A DNA stretch of 63,987 nucleotides, filler included, from Octopus bimaculoides (taxonomy: Eukaryota), in NCBI RefSeq assembly GCF_001194135.2. It is 4 parts of 3 records of this genome, joined end to end, with 100 filler letters (N's around TTAATTAATTAA, not from the genome) between each part and the next. Parts side by side here need not be neighbours in the genome. Positions count along the whole stretch, not along the records: positions 1 to 21,343 come from NC_068982.1; 3 more parts are not named here. One strand, 5' to 3'. The position numbers were made by a program, and so were the translations under genes. Below are positions 1-13,956 of this stretch, piece by piece (positions within the stretch are counted from its first letter, which is position 1; every line of letters begins with the position of its first letter). The notes beneath the pieces are model-generated. The model worked only from the letters and a program-made list of their open reading frames with translations, did no database searches and had not been told where the DNA came from.

Positions 1-1030
1 TCATAACCACCATTACCACCACCACCACCACCACCACCACCACCACCACCACCACCAACAGTACCACCACTCAGACTGGCATCAGTACCAATGCAACCGC
101 AAGTAGTAACAGTAACAGTCCCCACTAACGCACCATTAACAACTTTTACTACCACCACTAACACTACCACCCCTAACACTACCACCTCAGCTACCCCTTC
201 CACTATTGCTACCACCATCCCCAAAAAGCTACCCACATCCACCGACAACGCGACCACCCAGATTATTACTGTTTCCCTTGTTACTGATATGTAAATGAGA
301 AATGAAGGGTATCTTGCGGAGAAAGATCGCTATCTTGGTTCTTCCTTTTCTCTCTCGAGAAAAGATCTCAGCTTTGGAGCAGCGGCAGCAGCAGCGGCAG
401 CAGCAGCAGCAGTGTCAGTGACAAAAACAAGAACAGGAACAACTCTATAGCAACGATGAAAACAAGCAATATCTTATGGAACAACAACAACAAACGAATA
501 AACAACAGTCCCAGCAGCATCCGACACAAGACCATCGACAATAACCTCTTACAGAGTTAACAACAACAGCAACGTTTACTATAACAGCAACGGCAGTAAC
601 AACAAAACAGCAGTTGCTGCAGCATCCGGTGTAACACAATCAACCACGACGTCTTACAGAGTAACAACACCAACATTTATTACTACTACAAGAACAACAA
701 CAACAACAACAACAACAACAACGCCAGTAAACGACGAACGACAATATCCTAAACGCCAACAACAGGCAACGATAACAACAACAACAACAACAACAACAAT
801 GACGATGATAACAGTTTTAACAACAGCTAGAGTAAAATTAAGTACAGCAGCAACAAGAACGATGGCAAAAACAACAACAACAGCAAAGGCAACAAAAACA
901 AGCAACAATACCAGAAGGACAACAATGAGTTGCCATAGCAGCAGCATCTGCTGTAATAGCTGCATAACAACAACAACAACAACACGAGCAAGAGGGACAA
1001 GGCCAAAAGGTACATCACCGTTATCAATCT
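1..1030. repeat. Compound low-complexity tract: (ACC)n, (CAG)n, (AAC)n
   Basis: Degenerate trinucleotide runs throughout; ORFs here are poly-T/poly-V/poly-L artefacts. Confidence 0.9.
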
Positions 1031-1973
1031 AGATACAAATGTAATTGACTCTATACAAGTGGAGAAGAATAAATTATATCCCGAACAATTTTCTCTCTCG
1101 CTTTCCCTCTCCCTTTGTCACACACACATACACACAAAGATATATATATATATATATATANNNNNNNNNNNNNNNNNNNNNNNNNNNNNNNNNNNNNNNN
1201 NNNNNNNNNNNNNNNNNNNNNNNNNNNNNNNNNNNNNNNNNNNNNNNNNNNNNNNNNNNNNNNNNNNNNNNNNNNNNNNNNNNNNNNNNNNNNNNNNNNN
1301 NNNNNNNNNNNNNNNNNNNNNNNNNNNNNNNNNNNNNNNNNNNNNNNNNNNNNNNNNNNNNNNNNNNNNNNNNNNNNNNNNNNNNNNNNNNNNNNNNNNN
1401 NNNNNNNNNNNNNNNNNNNNNNNNNNNNNNNNNNNNNNNNNNNNNNNNNNNNNNNNNNNNNNNNNNNNNNNNNNNNNNNNNNNNNNNNNNNNNNNNNNNN
1501 NNNNNNNNNNNNNNNNNNNNNNNNNNNNNNNNNNNNNNNNNNNNNNNNNNNNNNNNNNNNNNNNNNNNNNNNNNNNNNNNNNNNNNNNNNNNNNNNNNNN
1601 NNNNNNNNNNNNNNNNNNNNNNNNNNNNNNNNNNNNNNNNNNNNNNNNNNTATATATATATATATATATGTATGTATATATATATATATAAATATCTATG
1701 TATATTATATGCATATGCCTAAGTATATACATATATATATATATATACATACACACACATATATAATATGTAAAAAGTACGTATACCTCCAAGCATACAT
1801 ACATTATATGCATACATACACACACACACGCATATACATATACACATACATACAAGACATGTCCTGTTTGAAATATATATCTGTGCTCGTTTGCGTCTTG
1901 CATGTGCTTGCATATGTGCAATTGTATGTACATGTCTGTGCATGTATGCATATCCATGCATACCTCCCCTTCA

Positions 1974-2137
1974 TTCTTCTTCTTCTTCTTCTTCTTCTTC
2001 TTCTTCTTCTTCTTCTTCTTCTTCTTCTTCTTCTTCTTCTTCTTCTTCTTCTTCTTCTTCTTCTTCTTCTTCTTCTTCTTCCTTCAGCTCTGCAGCATTG
2101 CAACTGAACCCTGCCGAATAACAACAATAACAACAAT

Positions 2138-2170
<33 letters not shown>

Positions 2171-2180
2171 GATGTAGATG
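1974..2180. repeat. (CTT)n microsatellite followed by (AAC)n
   Basis: Near-perfect CTT run at 1974-2080, AAC/AAT run from about 2120. Confidence 0.95.
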
Positions 2181-2560
2181 ATGATGATAATAACATTTCA
2201 TTCATTTCCCCCAAATATCAGCGTAAAGAATTATTGATTAGCAGTTAAATATCAAAACCCTTATCTATAGAAAAGGGGATTTTTATTATTGTATAGAGAG
2301 CATAACACTGCTTCTCTCACTACATAGTTTGATATCGACTAGTATAACACTGTTTTACCTTATCACGGAAAGGATTTGAATTATTGCCTACTACTGCCTT
2401 GACAATAGTCTAACATCTATTACACAGCGTAGTGTCATTGATTCCATCAATTGGCATAAGTTCGTCCCGTTGTGGGTGAAGGGCTTAAATTTATGAATTG
2501 AACCTAATATAGGACTGGATAGAATAAACATCATTTTTGGTTTTGTAGTATAAATCTAGT

Positions 2561-2946
2561 AGTGGTGGCGCAATGGCCCAGTGGTTAGGGCAGCGGACTC
2601 GCGGCCATAGGATCGCAGTTTCGATTCCCAGACCGGACGTTGTGAGTGTTTATTGAGCAAAAACACCTAAAGCTCCACGAGGCTCCGGCAGGGGATGGTG
2701 GCGAACCCTGCTGTACTCTTCCACCACAACTTTCTCTCACTCTTACTTCCTGTTTCTGTTATGCCTGTAATTCAAAGGGTCAGCCTTGTCACACTGTGTC
2801 ACGCTGAATATCCCCGAGAACTACGTTAAGGGTATACGTATTTGTGGAGTGTTCAGCCATTTGCACGTTAATTTCACGAGCAGGCTGTTCCGTTGATCGG
2901 ATCAACTGAAACCCTCGACGTCGTAAGCGACGGAGTGCCAACAACA
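2561..2946 (+). mobile_element. Full-length tRNA-derived SINE (family C here) with 11-bp TSD
   Basis: A-box-like TGGCCCAGTGG, B-box-like GTTTCGATTCC, (AAC)n tail, flanked by ATAAATCTAGT at 2550-2560 and 2947-2957. Related copies at 28359-28413 and 48300-48569. Confidence 0.9.
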
Positions 2947-3145
2947 ATAAATCTAGTGTTACTTTCTCGTAAAGCATGTTGAATTTTTGTTAGTCCTGTC
3001 TAGCATAGGCTTAACATAGTGATCCCAAAAACCTAGCATCGCTGTACAATGGTGTATCACAACCGCATATGGTATCGCGTTGCGCCGATGAATATTTGGA
3101 ATATAATGGTTTAAAATATCCATAATAATATTCACGAGCGTCTTA

Positions 3146-3720
3146 AGGTAGCGTGCTGACAAAATCGTTAGCACGCCGGGCAAAATGCTTAGCGGCATTC
3201 ACGTTCTGAATCGTGGTCGACTATGTCTTCCATCTTTTCGGTACCAGTTGAGCTTTGGGGTCGATGTAATCGATTTACCTTCTACCCCGAAATTACTGGC
3301 TCTGTGCCAAATTTGAAACCAATATTTAAGGCGGCGAGCTGGGAGAATCGTTAGCACGCCGGGCAAAATGCTTAGCGGCATTTCTTCTGGCTCTAGATTC
3401 TGATTTCAAACTCTGCTGAGATCTACTTTGCCTTCCATCCTTTCAGGGTCAATAAAATAATACCATTTGAACACTGGGGTCGACGTAATTGCTACTGGCC
3501 TCATGCCAAAATTTGAAACCAATTTTCTTGTGCATCTTGAAAATGTTCTCACTAAAATACGAACAAAGTATGATGTGAAGTGACAAAATCGTAAGCATAT
3601 CGGACAAAATGCTTAGCAGCAGTTCTTCTGACTCTATAAGTTCTAAGTTGAAATCCCTTTCAGGACCAATAAAAAAATGTGCCAGTCAAGTACTATGGTT
3701 GATGTAATTGACTTGTTCCG
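3146..3720 (+). mobile_element. Three head-to-tail copies of SINE family A (Meta-domain-like core)
   Basis: Repeated GGCGGCGAGCTGGCAGAATCGTTAGCACGCCGGGC-type heads and CCTTTCATCCTTTCGGGGTCGATAAA-type cores starting near 3146, 3328 and 3580. The MetaSINE assignment is from memory. Confidence 0.8.
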
Positions 3721-3851
3721 TCTCCTCAAAGACGACTGCAACGGACCGAAGTGCCATTCAGAGGAATGCAGTGATCTCGGTCACTTACTCGCCATTGAAA
3801 CCGGGTAAACGGTTATTTGAGTCCTAGGGCTCAAGAAAAAAAGTTAGAAAA

Positions 3852-3894
<43 letters not shown>

Positions 3895-4184
3895 GTATAT
3901 ATATAAGTGAAAAATGTGATGTGAGGGTGACGGCTGGAACTCCTTTAATCAAGGGCTTGCCCTTTAACGAGAGGTAATATGAGGCTAAACGACGATGACA
4001 GCAACAATAAGAACATCAATAATAAGGTAACAAGCCTAGAACTGAAGGGTTGCAGGTAATGTTAGCAACAGAATTCTGAAAACGCAAAGAGAAATATGGT
4101 GCGCGAAAGCGAAATAGGTACATAGAGATTTGTTTCTGCATGGAGATGTGTGCAGACATGTCAATATAAAACAATAGATAGATC

Positions 4185-4218
<34 letters not shown>

Positions 4219-4439
4219 TAGATAGATAGATAGAGATAGATAGAGAGAGAGAAAGAGAGAGAGAGAAAAAGAGATTTGTAGATAGTTTGATAGACAAGAG
4301 AGGAAACCGGTAGGTAGGGTGTTAAGTTGGTTGTAGGACGATTAAATATGCAATGACAGTTTTGATGGATTGTGCTAGACAAAATGACTTCTGAAACACT
4401 GACTAAAAAAAATATAACACGTTACATAAATGTACTGCT

Positions 4440-4690
4440 ATAGAAATTTGCTGCCACATATATATATTACATATATATATATATATACTTATGTGTGTGT
4501 GTATGTATGTATGTATGTATGTATGTATGTATGTATGTATGTATGTATGTATGTATGTATGTATGTATGTGTGCGTATGTGTATGTATATATGTATGTAT
4601 TTAGATATACACATTATACCTACCTACATACATTTATACATATTCATGAATATATGCGTGTGTGCATATATACATACATATATATATATG

Positions 4691-4784
<94 letters not shown>

Positions 4785-4870
4785 GGTGTGTGCGTGTGTG
4801 TGTGTGTGTGTGTGTGCCTGTGTATACTATACACATACACCTACATGTGTGAATGTGTGTATGTATAGAT
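4440..4870. repeat. Compound (TATG)n/(TA)n/(TG)n microsatellite
   Basis: Direct reading. Similar compound tracts occur at about 12005-12220, 12770-13270, 14270-14470, 15070-15270, 17860-17995, 18370-18530, 20250-20530 and 43145-43325. Confidence 0.95.
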
Positions 4871-5163
4871 GTATATAGGTGCACACACGCCAAGCCAGTT
4901 TACGGGTGGACATTTTCCAATGCATACGAAAATATGTTGATTATTTGCCAAGAAAGTGGAGAGAGAATCGGAAGTGAATGAATCATAATTCATCTTATTT
5001 CCGTTTCTCGTCTATTCATTGTTCAAAATTCTTCTGCTGTAACGTTTGAGTTTTAACAAAACAAAGTACAACAGGGAGAACAACAACAGCAAGAACGAGT
5101 CTAGTATTATTATCATCAATCTATCATTATATCTATATACGAAATCATTGTTATCATTATTAT

Positions 5164-6500
5164 GAGCTGGCAGAATCAGTAGAGCTTCGGAAAAATATGT
5201 ATGGCGATATTTGAGTCGGCTGTTTATGCCTATGTTTCAAATCCTTCCAAGGTGGACTTTGACTTTCATCATTTCAAGGGTTGATACAATAAAGTACTGG
5301 TCAAGTGCTGGAGTTGATCGTATCGATTCCCTCCCTTCAAAATTGTCCTTTTTAGATAGATCCGAAATCATTATTATCTATATTAAGATGGCCAGCTAGG
5401 AATGTCGTTAAAGCATTGGACAATATACCATGTGGTATTTTTTTAGTTCCTTATTTCAAATTCTGCTAAGGTTAGCTTTGCCTTTCAGCCTTTCGGGGTG
5501 GTTCATAAAATATGGTACTGGCATCGATGTAAACGACTAATCTCATTCCCCGGAAACTACTAGGTTTGTGCCAAAATTTCAAAACAATTATTAATAAAGA
5601 CAGTGAGGCGGCGAGCTGGCAGAATCGTTAGCGCGCTGGACGAAATGCTTAGCAGTATTTCACCGTCACTACGATCTGAGTTCAAATTCCGCCGAGGTCG
5701 ACCTTGCCTTTCATCCTTTCAGGGTTGATGAAATAAGTACCAGTTACCAACTGGGGTCGATGAAATCGACTATCGTCTCCTCCATATTGCAGGCCTTGTG
5801 CCCATAGTAGAAAGGATTATTAAAGACAGTGAGCTGACAGAATCATTAAAGCGTCAGCAAAAATGCCATCTGTAGTTTTTCTGGCTCTTTACATTTTGAG
5901 TTCAAATCCCACCTGTCAACTTCGTCTTTCATCCATTCAGCATCGTTAAAATGAAGTAACAGTAAAGGCGGTGCTTCAGCATGGCCGCAGTCAAAAAACT
6001 GAAACATAAAAGAGTAAAAGAGTAAAGCATTGGGGTCCATGTAATCAACCAACTTCTCTCCTCAAGTCTTTGTCTTTGTACCTTAGAAACCATTAAGTAT
6101 TATCATTGCTGACGGTGGATTGGCGAACTCGTCAGGGCGTCGACTTCGCGATATCTTTTCATACTTTTTACATTTCGGATACAAATCGCCACAAGGATGG
6201 CTTTGCCTTTCACCTTTTCGGGGTCGATAAAATAAATACTAATCAAGTGCAGAAGTCGAATTTAGTCCCTGTACCTATGTTAGAAACAATTATAATAAGG
6301 GCGATGGAGTGGTAAAATCTGTTGAGCGTCGTGCAAAATGTTTTGTGACATTTATTTATGCCTCTTTAAGGTTCTGAATTCAGATTTCCTTGGAGACTGA
6401 TATTCGCCGTACCTTCTTCCAGGTTCAATAAAATTTAGCATTGGTCAAGTACAGGGCTCTGTTTAAATGACAAACCCAGTCTCACCAAATTTGTGGCCTT
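5164..6500 (+). mobile_element. Train of about six head-to-tail SINE family A copies
   Basis: Heads near 5164, 5392, 5605, 5826, 6110 and 6298, all plus strand, about 200-280 bp apart, with differing degrees of decay. Confidence 0.75.
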
Positions 6501-7969
6501 GGAAATTATTGTTACTGCTGATGCTGGTGCTGTTGCTGATGTAGTTAATATTGATATAGTCTGTCAAGGCACACTGAATCAAAGAGAGGATGAAATACTG
6601 TGGATTTAAATCTAAATACCCATTCGTCCTTCTTTCTTGTTTTTCATCTTTTCGTTCTTAACCCACTCATCTTTCTTTTATTACTAAGATTTTTATTGAT
6701 TTCTAGAATGAATAAAAGGATGCTTAGTCATAATAGAAAATTAAAATTGAGCAAATATAGCCATCTAGCATATCACTGGCACAATTTTAGTGACCCTTGG
6801 AAATCAAAGCCAAACTTCGCCTAAACAATACTTCAAATAAGGACTTGAAAGGTTTTGTTTAAATACTGTAAGACGCTGATATTTATTTCACTCATCCATC
6901 TCTTTTGATTAGACACTGCAAGGAACAGAACATCAAACTAGATACATGAAAACAAACATGTCATTCTACTTGCATACATATATTAATACATACACACATG
7001 CATACATACATTCATATATGCATACATAAATACATACATACATAAACACACACATTAACATTCACACATGCGCATACGTAATCATGTACATATATTTGTA
7101 TATACTAACATAAATACATACATCCAAACGCCGGCAAGTGACACTCTTCAGTAAGCTAATAACCCTTAAGCGATCCGCAAGTCAAAAGCTTCATTATTGC
7201 AAGTAATTACGAGAATACAAGATAATAAATTGCAAATTTGCATAAAACTCTACAAGTGGTATAGCAAGGTATGAAATGTCATAACGTACCTCCCAAGAAT
7301 AATCTAAAATTATTGTGAGGAAGACCTTGAATTGTAGACAAACAACACGACTGTGATGTCAAGTCATTTAGATGAGCTACAGAGTGAGCGCAAATGTCTT
7401 TCCCAAATATAATATCACCAGTGAAATTAGGATTATGTAGGTTCTGCAAAACTACCTGCAAGATGCCTGATAGTTGTTTCTTAGTAGAGAAAGCTCACTT
7501 CCTACAAGAAAGTCGTTGCTAACTTGTTAAAAAAAAAAAAGCAGACAATAGACGTTAAACTCGAAGTGTCTGACAAACTGACTCTAACATACTTATAGCG
7601 TCAAAAACTACAGGTCCATACCGAACTTCAATTATATGTATAAACTGTGGACAGGTTGCTCGAATGCATTTCATCAGGACCAGAGTGAAACAACGTAGTG
7701 ACTGATGTGATGAGCAGACACGAGGAAAGAATAGAGACTCAGTCTGTGCTGATAGCTCCTCATCAACAAAGCCGTCCTAAAGGATTCGAGGTCTACAGAC
7801 TATATGGCTTGACTTGGCTCTATCCTTCGCTCATGGACAATAGAGGCACTAAGCCTTGCAAAGGTTCCAACTGCTATGGTGGAATACATTAAGTGATTGA
7901 CTACAACATGGGCTAAATTGCTATCGATTGAAATCAAAACTACAACTATAGTCATTAACAGAATTATGT

Positions 7970-8162
7970 TGGTTTCAAATATTGACACAGGGCCAGCTAT
8001 TTAGTGGGAAGAACTAAGTCGATTACATCGACCCCAGTGATCAACTAGTACTTATTTTATCGACTCCGAAAGTCGACCTTGGTGGAATTTGAACTCAGAA
8101 TGTAAAGACGTACGATACACCGTTAAGCATTTTGCCCGGCGTGCTAACGATTCTGACCGCTT
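7970..8162 (-). mobile_element. SINE family A copy with internal deletion
   Basis: Reverse complement of the family A head and the GTCGATGTAATCGAC tail hairpin. Confidence 0.8.
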
Positions 8163-8839
8163 GATTAAAATGCTTTTCGTTCAAGCAGTGAATCCTTTGT
8201 CAGACCTGTTAGCAAAATGCAAACGATACTTGACAGGATCTGCAAAAGAGAGTAAATTAATGCCTCACACATCTTTTTTGTTGATGACCTTAAGCTGTAT
8301 TCAAATAATATTCTTGACATAAAGAAACAGAACTGGACTTAACATTCTCACTGGAGCTTATTTGGTCATCAGACGAGGAAAGATTATTGTCCAGGTGAGG
8401 AATATGGATACCAATTGCATGTCCTTCACTCACTATCTCCAATTAGGCATGTTGGAAGTAGCTCGAAATTGACATAGATATTAGATACCCAATAATGATT
8501 TCTCTATACCAGTACTTGTACAAACAATTAGAATACCGACAGAAGAGAAAGAAATCCACAGCTTGAGCATCGAAGCTAGAAAGATATTAGCAACTACTGA
8601 TTACGTCCACATCAGCAGCGACATTGCTTTATGTTAAACGGAGGGACAGAGGTAACGGTAAAGTTTAGTTCAGACGGTTTACGAGTACTGTATAGTATCA
8701 ATTAAACAACATCAACTGAAAAGAGGGAAATGGCAGCGATATATGTGTAATTAACAGCCAAAAGTAATAATACCATGCGACTAGATGAAGAAATCCTGAG
8801 CAGTTACAATGAGTGTATAGCTGTTCCATGCAAAGCAAA

Positions 8840-8897
8840 GAAACTTTGTAAAGAAGCAGAAACTTTGTAAAGAAGCAGAAACTTTGTAAAGAAGCAG
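8840..8897. repeat. Tandem repeat, 19-bp unit x3
   Basis: GAAACTTTGTAAAGAAGCA at 8840, 8859 and 8878. Confidence 0.9.
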
Positions 8898-9529
8898 CCA
8901 TAATACCAGTAGAAAGTTATGCATCAGTATAAGCTGGAGGATACCAATAGCAATGACAGGAATAGTAGCATCTCCTGGACTTGTGATTAATACATAGCAT
9001 TTCACTTATTACGCTACAGTCTTGTTATCTAGAAATGGGAGATAGCTATTAAATATTTGATCAATAAGAGAGATAAGGAAGCCTCTAAATCTCCACATTG
9101 TGACAGAAAATGTCGATTGTGCAGAAGATATCCGTCTCTCATCATCAGTATAGTTCGCAAGATACTACTTACCCATAAAGCACGTTACTGTGCCTAAAAC
9201 CCATTTAGAATGTTATCCCCAGGAAGGATTATCCTAATGTCATACTAAGGGCTCACTAGAACCAGATTATATCCATACCTTCGAAAATAAAGAATACTGC
9301 TGGAAAATTCTATGAAAGCAGCAACTCTTTCTATGTACACAATATGCCATTGTTGTATGTGACGTGGAGCAAAAATCATTCACTGTTGGAAAGACGAGTT
9401 GCCCAGTGGATGTGAATGCCTCGACAAAATTGGGGAAAAAGAGAACATCCATGGAGAACTAACGAGAAATTTGCGGCTCTTGCAACTATGTTATATATAT
9501 ATATTTGTACCTATATGTGCGTAAGTATA

Positions 9530-9655
9530 TACTTGCCTCAAAGTTAAAAATGCTGGAATTCTTCAAGAAAGAATCGCATCTTCCAAATACAGCAGATCAG
9601 TGGTACAGTGAAAATTTGCAAAACATTCCAGGGCTTCTCCATCTGAGATTTCTGG
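9530..9655 (+). mobile_element. 3' end fragment of R4-clade LINE (family R4-A)
   Basis: Encodes ...ISGTVKICKTFQGFSI*, matching the ORF C-terminus of the 18545-20236 copy. Confidence 0.65.
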
Positions 9656-9760
9656 ATTGAATGTATGCACACATTCACCACTGTATATGGCATGCACGCG
9701 ATAACTACTGCATATAGTATGTATACGCATAAGCAGTAATAAAACACACATACACACACA

Positions 9761-9989
9761 CGGCGAGCTGGCAGAAACGTTAGCACGCCGGGCGAAATGC
9801 TTAACGGTGTTTCGTCTGCCGCTACGTTCTGAGTTCAAATTCCTTCGAGGTCGACTTTGCCTTTCATCCTTTCGGGGTCGATTAAATAAGTACCAGTTAC
9901 GCACTGGGGTCGGTATTATCGACTTAATCCGTTTGTCTGTCCTTGTTTGTCCCCTCTGTGTGTAGCCCCTTGTGGGTAGTAAAGAAATA
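9761..9989 (+). mobile_element. Young SINE family A copy (long-tail variant) with 15-bp TSD
   Basis: Near-consensus head and core, tail ...TGTGGGTAGTAAAGAAATA; ACACATACACACACA duplicated at 9746-9760 and 9990-10004. Confidence 0.9.
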
Positions 9990-10290
9990 ACACATACACA
10001 CACACACACACTTGTGTATTGAAGAAAGCTGCTTAACTGCAACAAAAAATGCAAGTCTATCCACAAATATACCTGCATGTATGTACACGCTAACTAATTC
10101 ACATATCCATAAACTCAAAGAACTGTACTTACTTAAACAAAAGTGTCTTGTCACTTTGTTAGTGATCAGTTTGAATTATGCAAAGGTATAAAATTTAAAT
10201 ATATTCCCCGAAACACACATACATGCATACGTACATACATACATACATACATACATACATACACTCACACACATATATGTATACATATAT

Positions 10291-10640
10291 AGAGATCAGC
10301 GAAAAAGAAAATATCTACGCTGAACTATTAAGAAACTATTGAGAAATTGCAGTTAAGCTATCCAGATTACAAGTTCAGGTTTACACCTGTAATTATTGGG
10401 TGACTGGAATATGTAGCACTCTACTTAAATACTAATCTTGAGAAATTAGGCTTCTCAAAACCGGAAAGGAGAAAACTGATTCGAAAACTATAGATCCAAG
10501 CCATCACTGGAACTCTGAAAATCTATAAAATTTTCCAGAAGTTTATCATTTATGTATATATGAGCATGTCTAGAGATACAACTATGTACATGAGAATACA
10601 TAAAACAAAATATACAAATTTGTACATATACATGCATGCA
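10291..10640 (+). mobile_element. 5'-truncated R4-clade LINE (family R4-A), RLE C-terminus plus part of 3' UTR
   Basis: Encodes EKENIYAELL...YPDYKFRFTPVIIG...TGTLKIYK; collinear with about 19750-20060. Confidence 0.85.
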
Positions 10641-10670
10641 TACATAATACATAGATACATGTGTGTATGT

Positions 10671-10720
<50 letters not shown>

Positions 10721-12003
10721 CTCTCCCCTCCCCCTATCTCTCCCCTCCCCTATCNNNNNNNNNNNNNNNNNNNNNNNNNNNNNNNNNNNNNNNNNNNNNN
10801 NNNNNNNNNNNNNNNNNNNNNNNNNNNNNNNNNNNNNNNNNNNNNNNNNNNNNNNNNNNNNNNNNNNNNNNNNNNNNNNNNNNNNNNNNNNNNNNNNNNN
10901 NNNNNNNNNNNNNNNNNNNNNNNNNNNNNNNNNNNNNNNNNNNNNNNNNNNNNNNNNNNNNNNTATATACATACATATATCTATTATCCCATATTTTTGC
11001 ATTGTATTGGAAACTTCAGTTGGAGTTTTGTCAGTACCGCTAACCATGCTACTTACAAGCATTGTTTTCAGTCATTTTGATTTGTTGTCAACAAAAAATT
11101 GAACCGGATGAATTGTACATCAAATATTTTTAAAGGATCTTACTTGAGACGATACCATGTTACATTCACATGTGGTGGTTAAGTCGAACTTTTGAACACG
11201 ATCTTAATTCTATACGTAAATAGAACGTTCTTTGATTTCTTCTGTATCATTGATTTGCTGTTCATAAATTAAGAATATAATCGTTATTTCTTTTGATAAT
11301 ATAATATTACCTTTAAATGCTCATTGATTTAGTCTTTTCTGTATAGATTATTTTAAAATTTAATTTCATATATATTCATGGCTATCAAGCAGACATAAAC
11401 CATTGATAATTCAATATCTATGATTATATTTAAAGGACTTAAGTATATTCAAGAAAGTATTGAAAGAACGGAAATATTCTATAATCAAAATAGTTCATAA
11501 TTAATTTGGTACGCTAATGTTCAATAACATATAGATTTTTAAGCGGTTACCAAATATTCTTTTGCTGAATTCGGATTTTTGTTAAGTAGGACTGGTGCTT
11601 ATGATTTCGAGATCTCAACAAACCAGTTGTTGATATTTTTACTACTCACCTCTGAATATCTGAATATAGCTATTTGGTCATAAGTTGTGAAGCTGTGAAG
11701 AATCAAATAGATAGTATTTTGGCTTACAGATAATATGGGGAAGCTTTTGTGTTGGAGCTTCATCAAATACACGAGCAGTTATGAATATTAGATTCATAAA
11801 ATGGCATGAGACCCGTGAACTATTATTGTAAAATGTTGATTACGAACAAAGTACATTACAGCATTCGTTGGGATGAGTAAGCATACCAAAAGCTAAACGG
11901 AAAAATTTAAATGTCAGCATTCCTGGTGGTTCTCTATGTTATCTGTAAGAATAAATCTTAGATGCCTGTATACTTAGTTCCTAAAACCGATTTCCATCAA
12001 CGC

Positions 12004-12854
<851 letters not shown>

Positions 12855-13015
12855 TGAGAAAGAACGAGAAAGATGTAAATATTGATAGATTGATAGACAG
12901 ATAGAGTAATACGACTAGAGAGATACCTATTTTGTATTTGTATAAATATGCATTTCTGCACATATGTGCACATCTGCCTGTATGTGTGCGCGCGTGTCTG
13001 CCTATATCTTTGTAC

Positions 13016-13050
<35 letters not shown>

Positions 13051-13158
13051 TGTATGTATGTATCTATCTATCTATCTATCTATTTATCTATCTATCTATG
13101 CATGCACGTACGTTTGTATGTATGTACGTACGTCAGTACAAACATACATATATATACA

Positions 13159-13190
<32 letters not shown>

Positions 13191-13745
13191 CCTGCGCGCG
13201 TGCATATATAATACACACACACACAGACACACATATACATATGTATATATAATATATATATATATTTCTTTTTTTTACTTGTATGTGCGAACGCGTTTGT
13301 TGTATGTTATATACGCTCCATTAGTATCCGGTTGACCTAAGAGTCGTTTGTCATCCGTCAGCAACAATTTCCTAAAATATTACTCATATTGTCTTGTGAG
13401 AGGAGGGACTTTGCTGACATAAGCTGCTGAAGCTTATACTAGTTATTTACTACGTATATTTGAGTTCATCTCACAACTTTCAGTTCGATATTAACTTGGA
13501 TTACAGACACGGGATTGGCCGAGTCGTTAGAGCATCGGATGATTGTTTTGCGACATACGTTTCGTCTTCCCGTACCCTGAATTGAAATACTGCCAAGATC
13601 AGTTTTTCTTTTCATCTTTCCAGGGTCGATGAATATAGTACCAGTATAATAACAGAGATAGTTCTTTTCTCTCTCTCGCTCTCTGTCTGTGTCTTTGTCT
13701 GTCTGTCTGTCTGTGTCTCTGTCTGTCTGCCTGTCTCTGTCTGCC

Positions 13746-13779
<34 letters not shown>

Positions 13780-13780
13780 A

Positions 13781-13956
13781 TATTCATACCAATAATAATT
13801 GGAACGCTAGGTTTTATTAGAAAATGCTTCGAGGAAAATCTGGATAAACTGGAGTTTTCAGAAAGAGAAACTGACCGGCTGATTCGTACATTACAAGTCG
13901 AATCTGTTAGTGGAACAGTAAAAATATGCAAGACTTTTCTCAAGTTTCAAATGTGA
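13781..13956 (+). mobile_element. 3' fragment of a diverged R4-A subfamily
   Basis: Translates FIPIIIGTLGFIRKCFEENLDKLEFSERETDRLIRTLQVESVSGTVKICKTFLKFQM*. Confidence 0.8.

Noticed and set aside
445-2214. Many ORF-track proteins (poly-T, poly-L, poly-S, YIYI, CVCV)
   Set aside because: They are translations of microsatellites; the same applies throughout the window.
2561-2640. tRNA gene
   Set aside because: The tRNA-like sequence continues into a SINE body with tail and TSD, and no complete cloverleaf is present; the same holds for the other SINE heads.
8840-8897. 19-bp repeats as a possible CRISPR array
   Set aside because: The units are directly adjacent with no spacers, and the context is eukaryotic.
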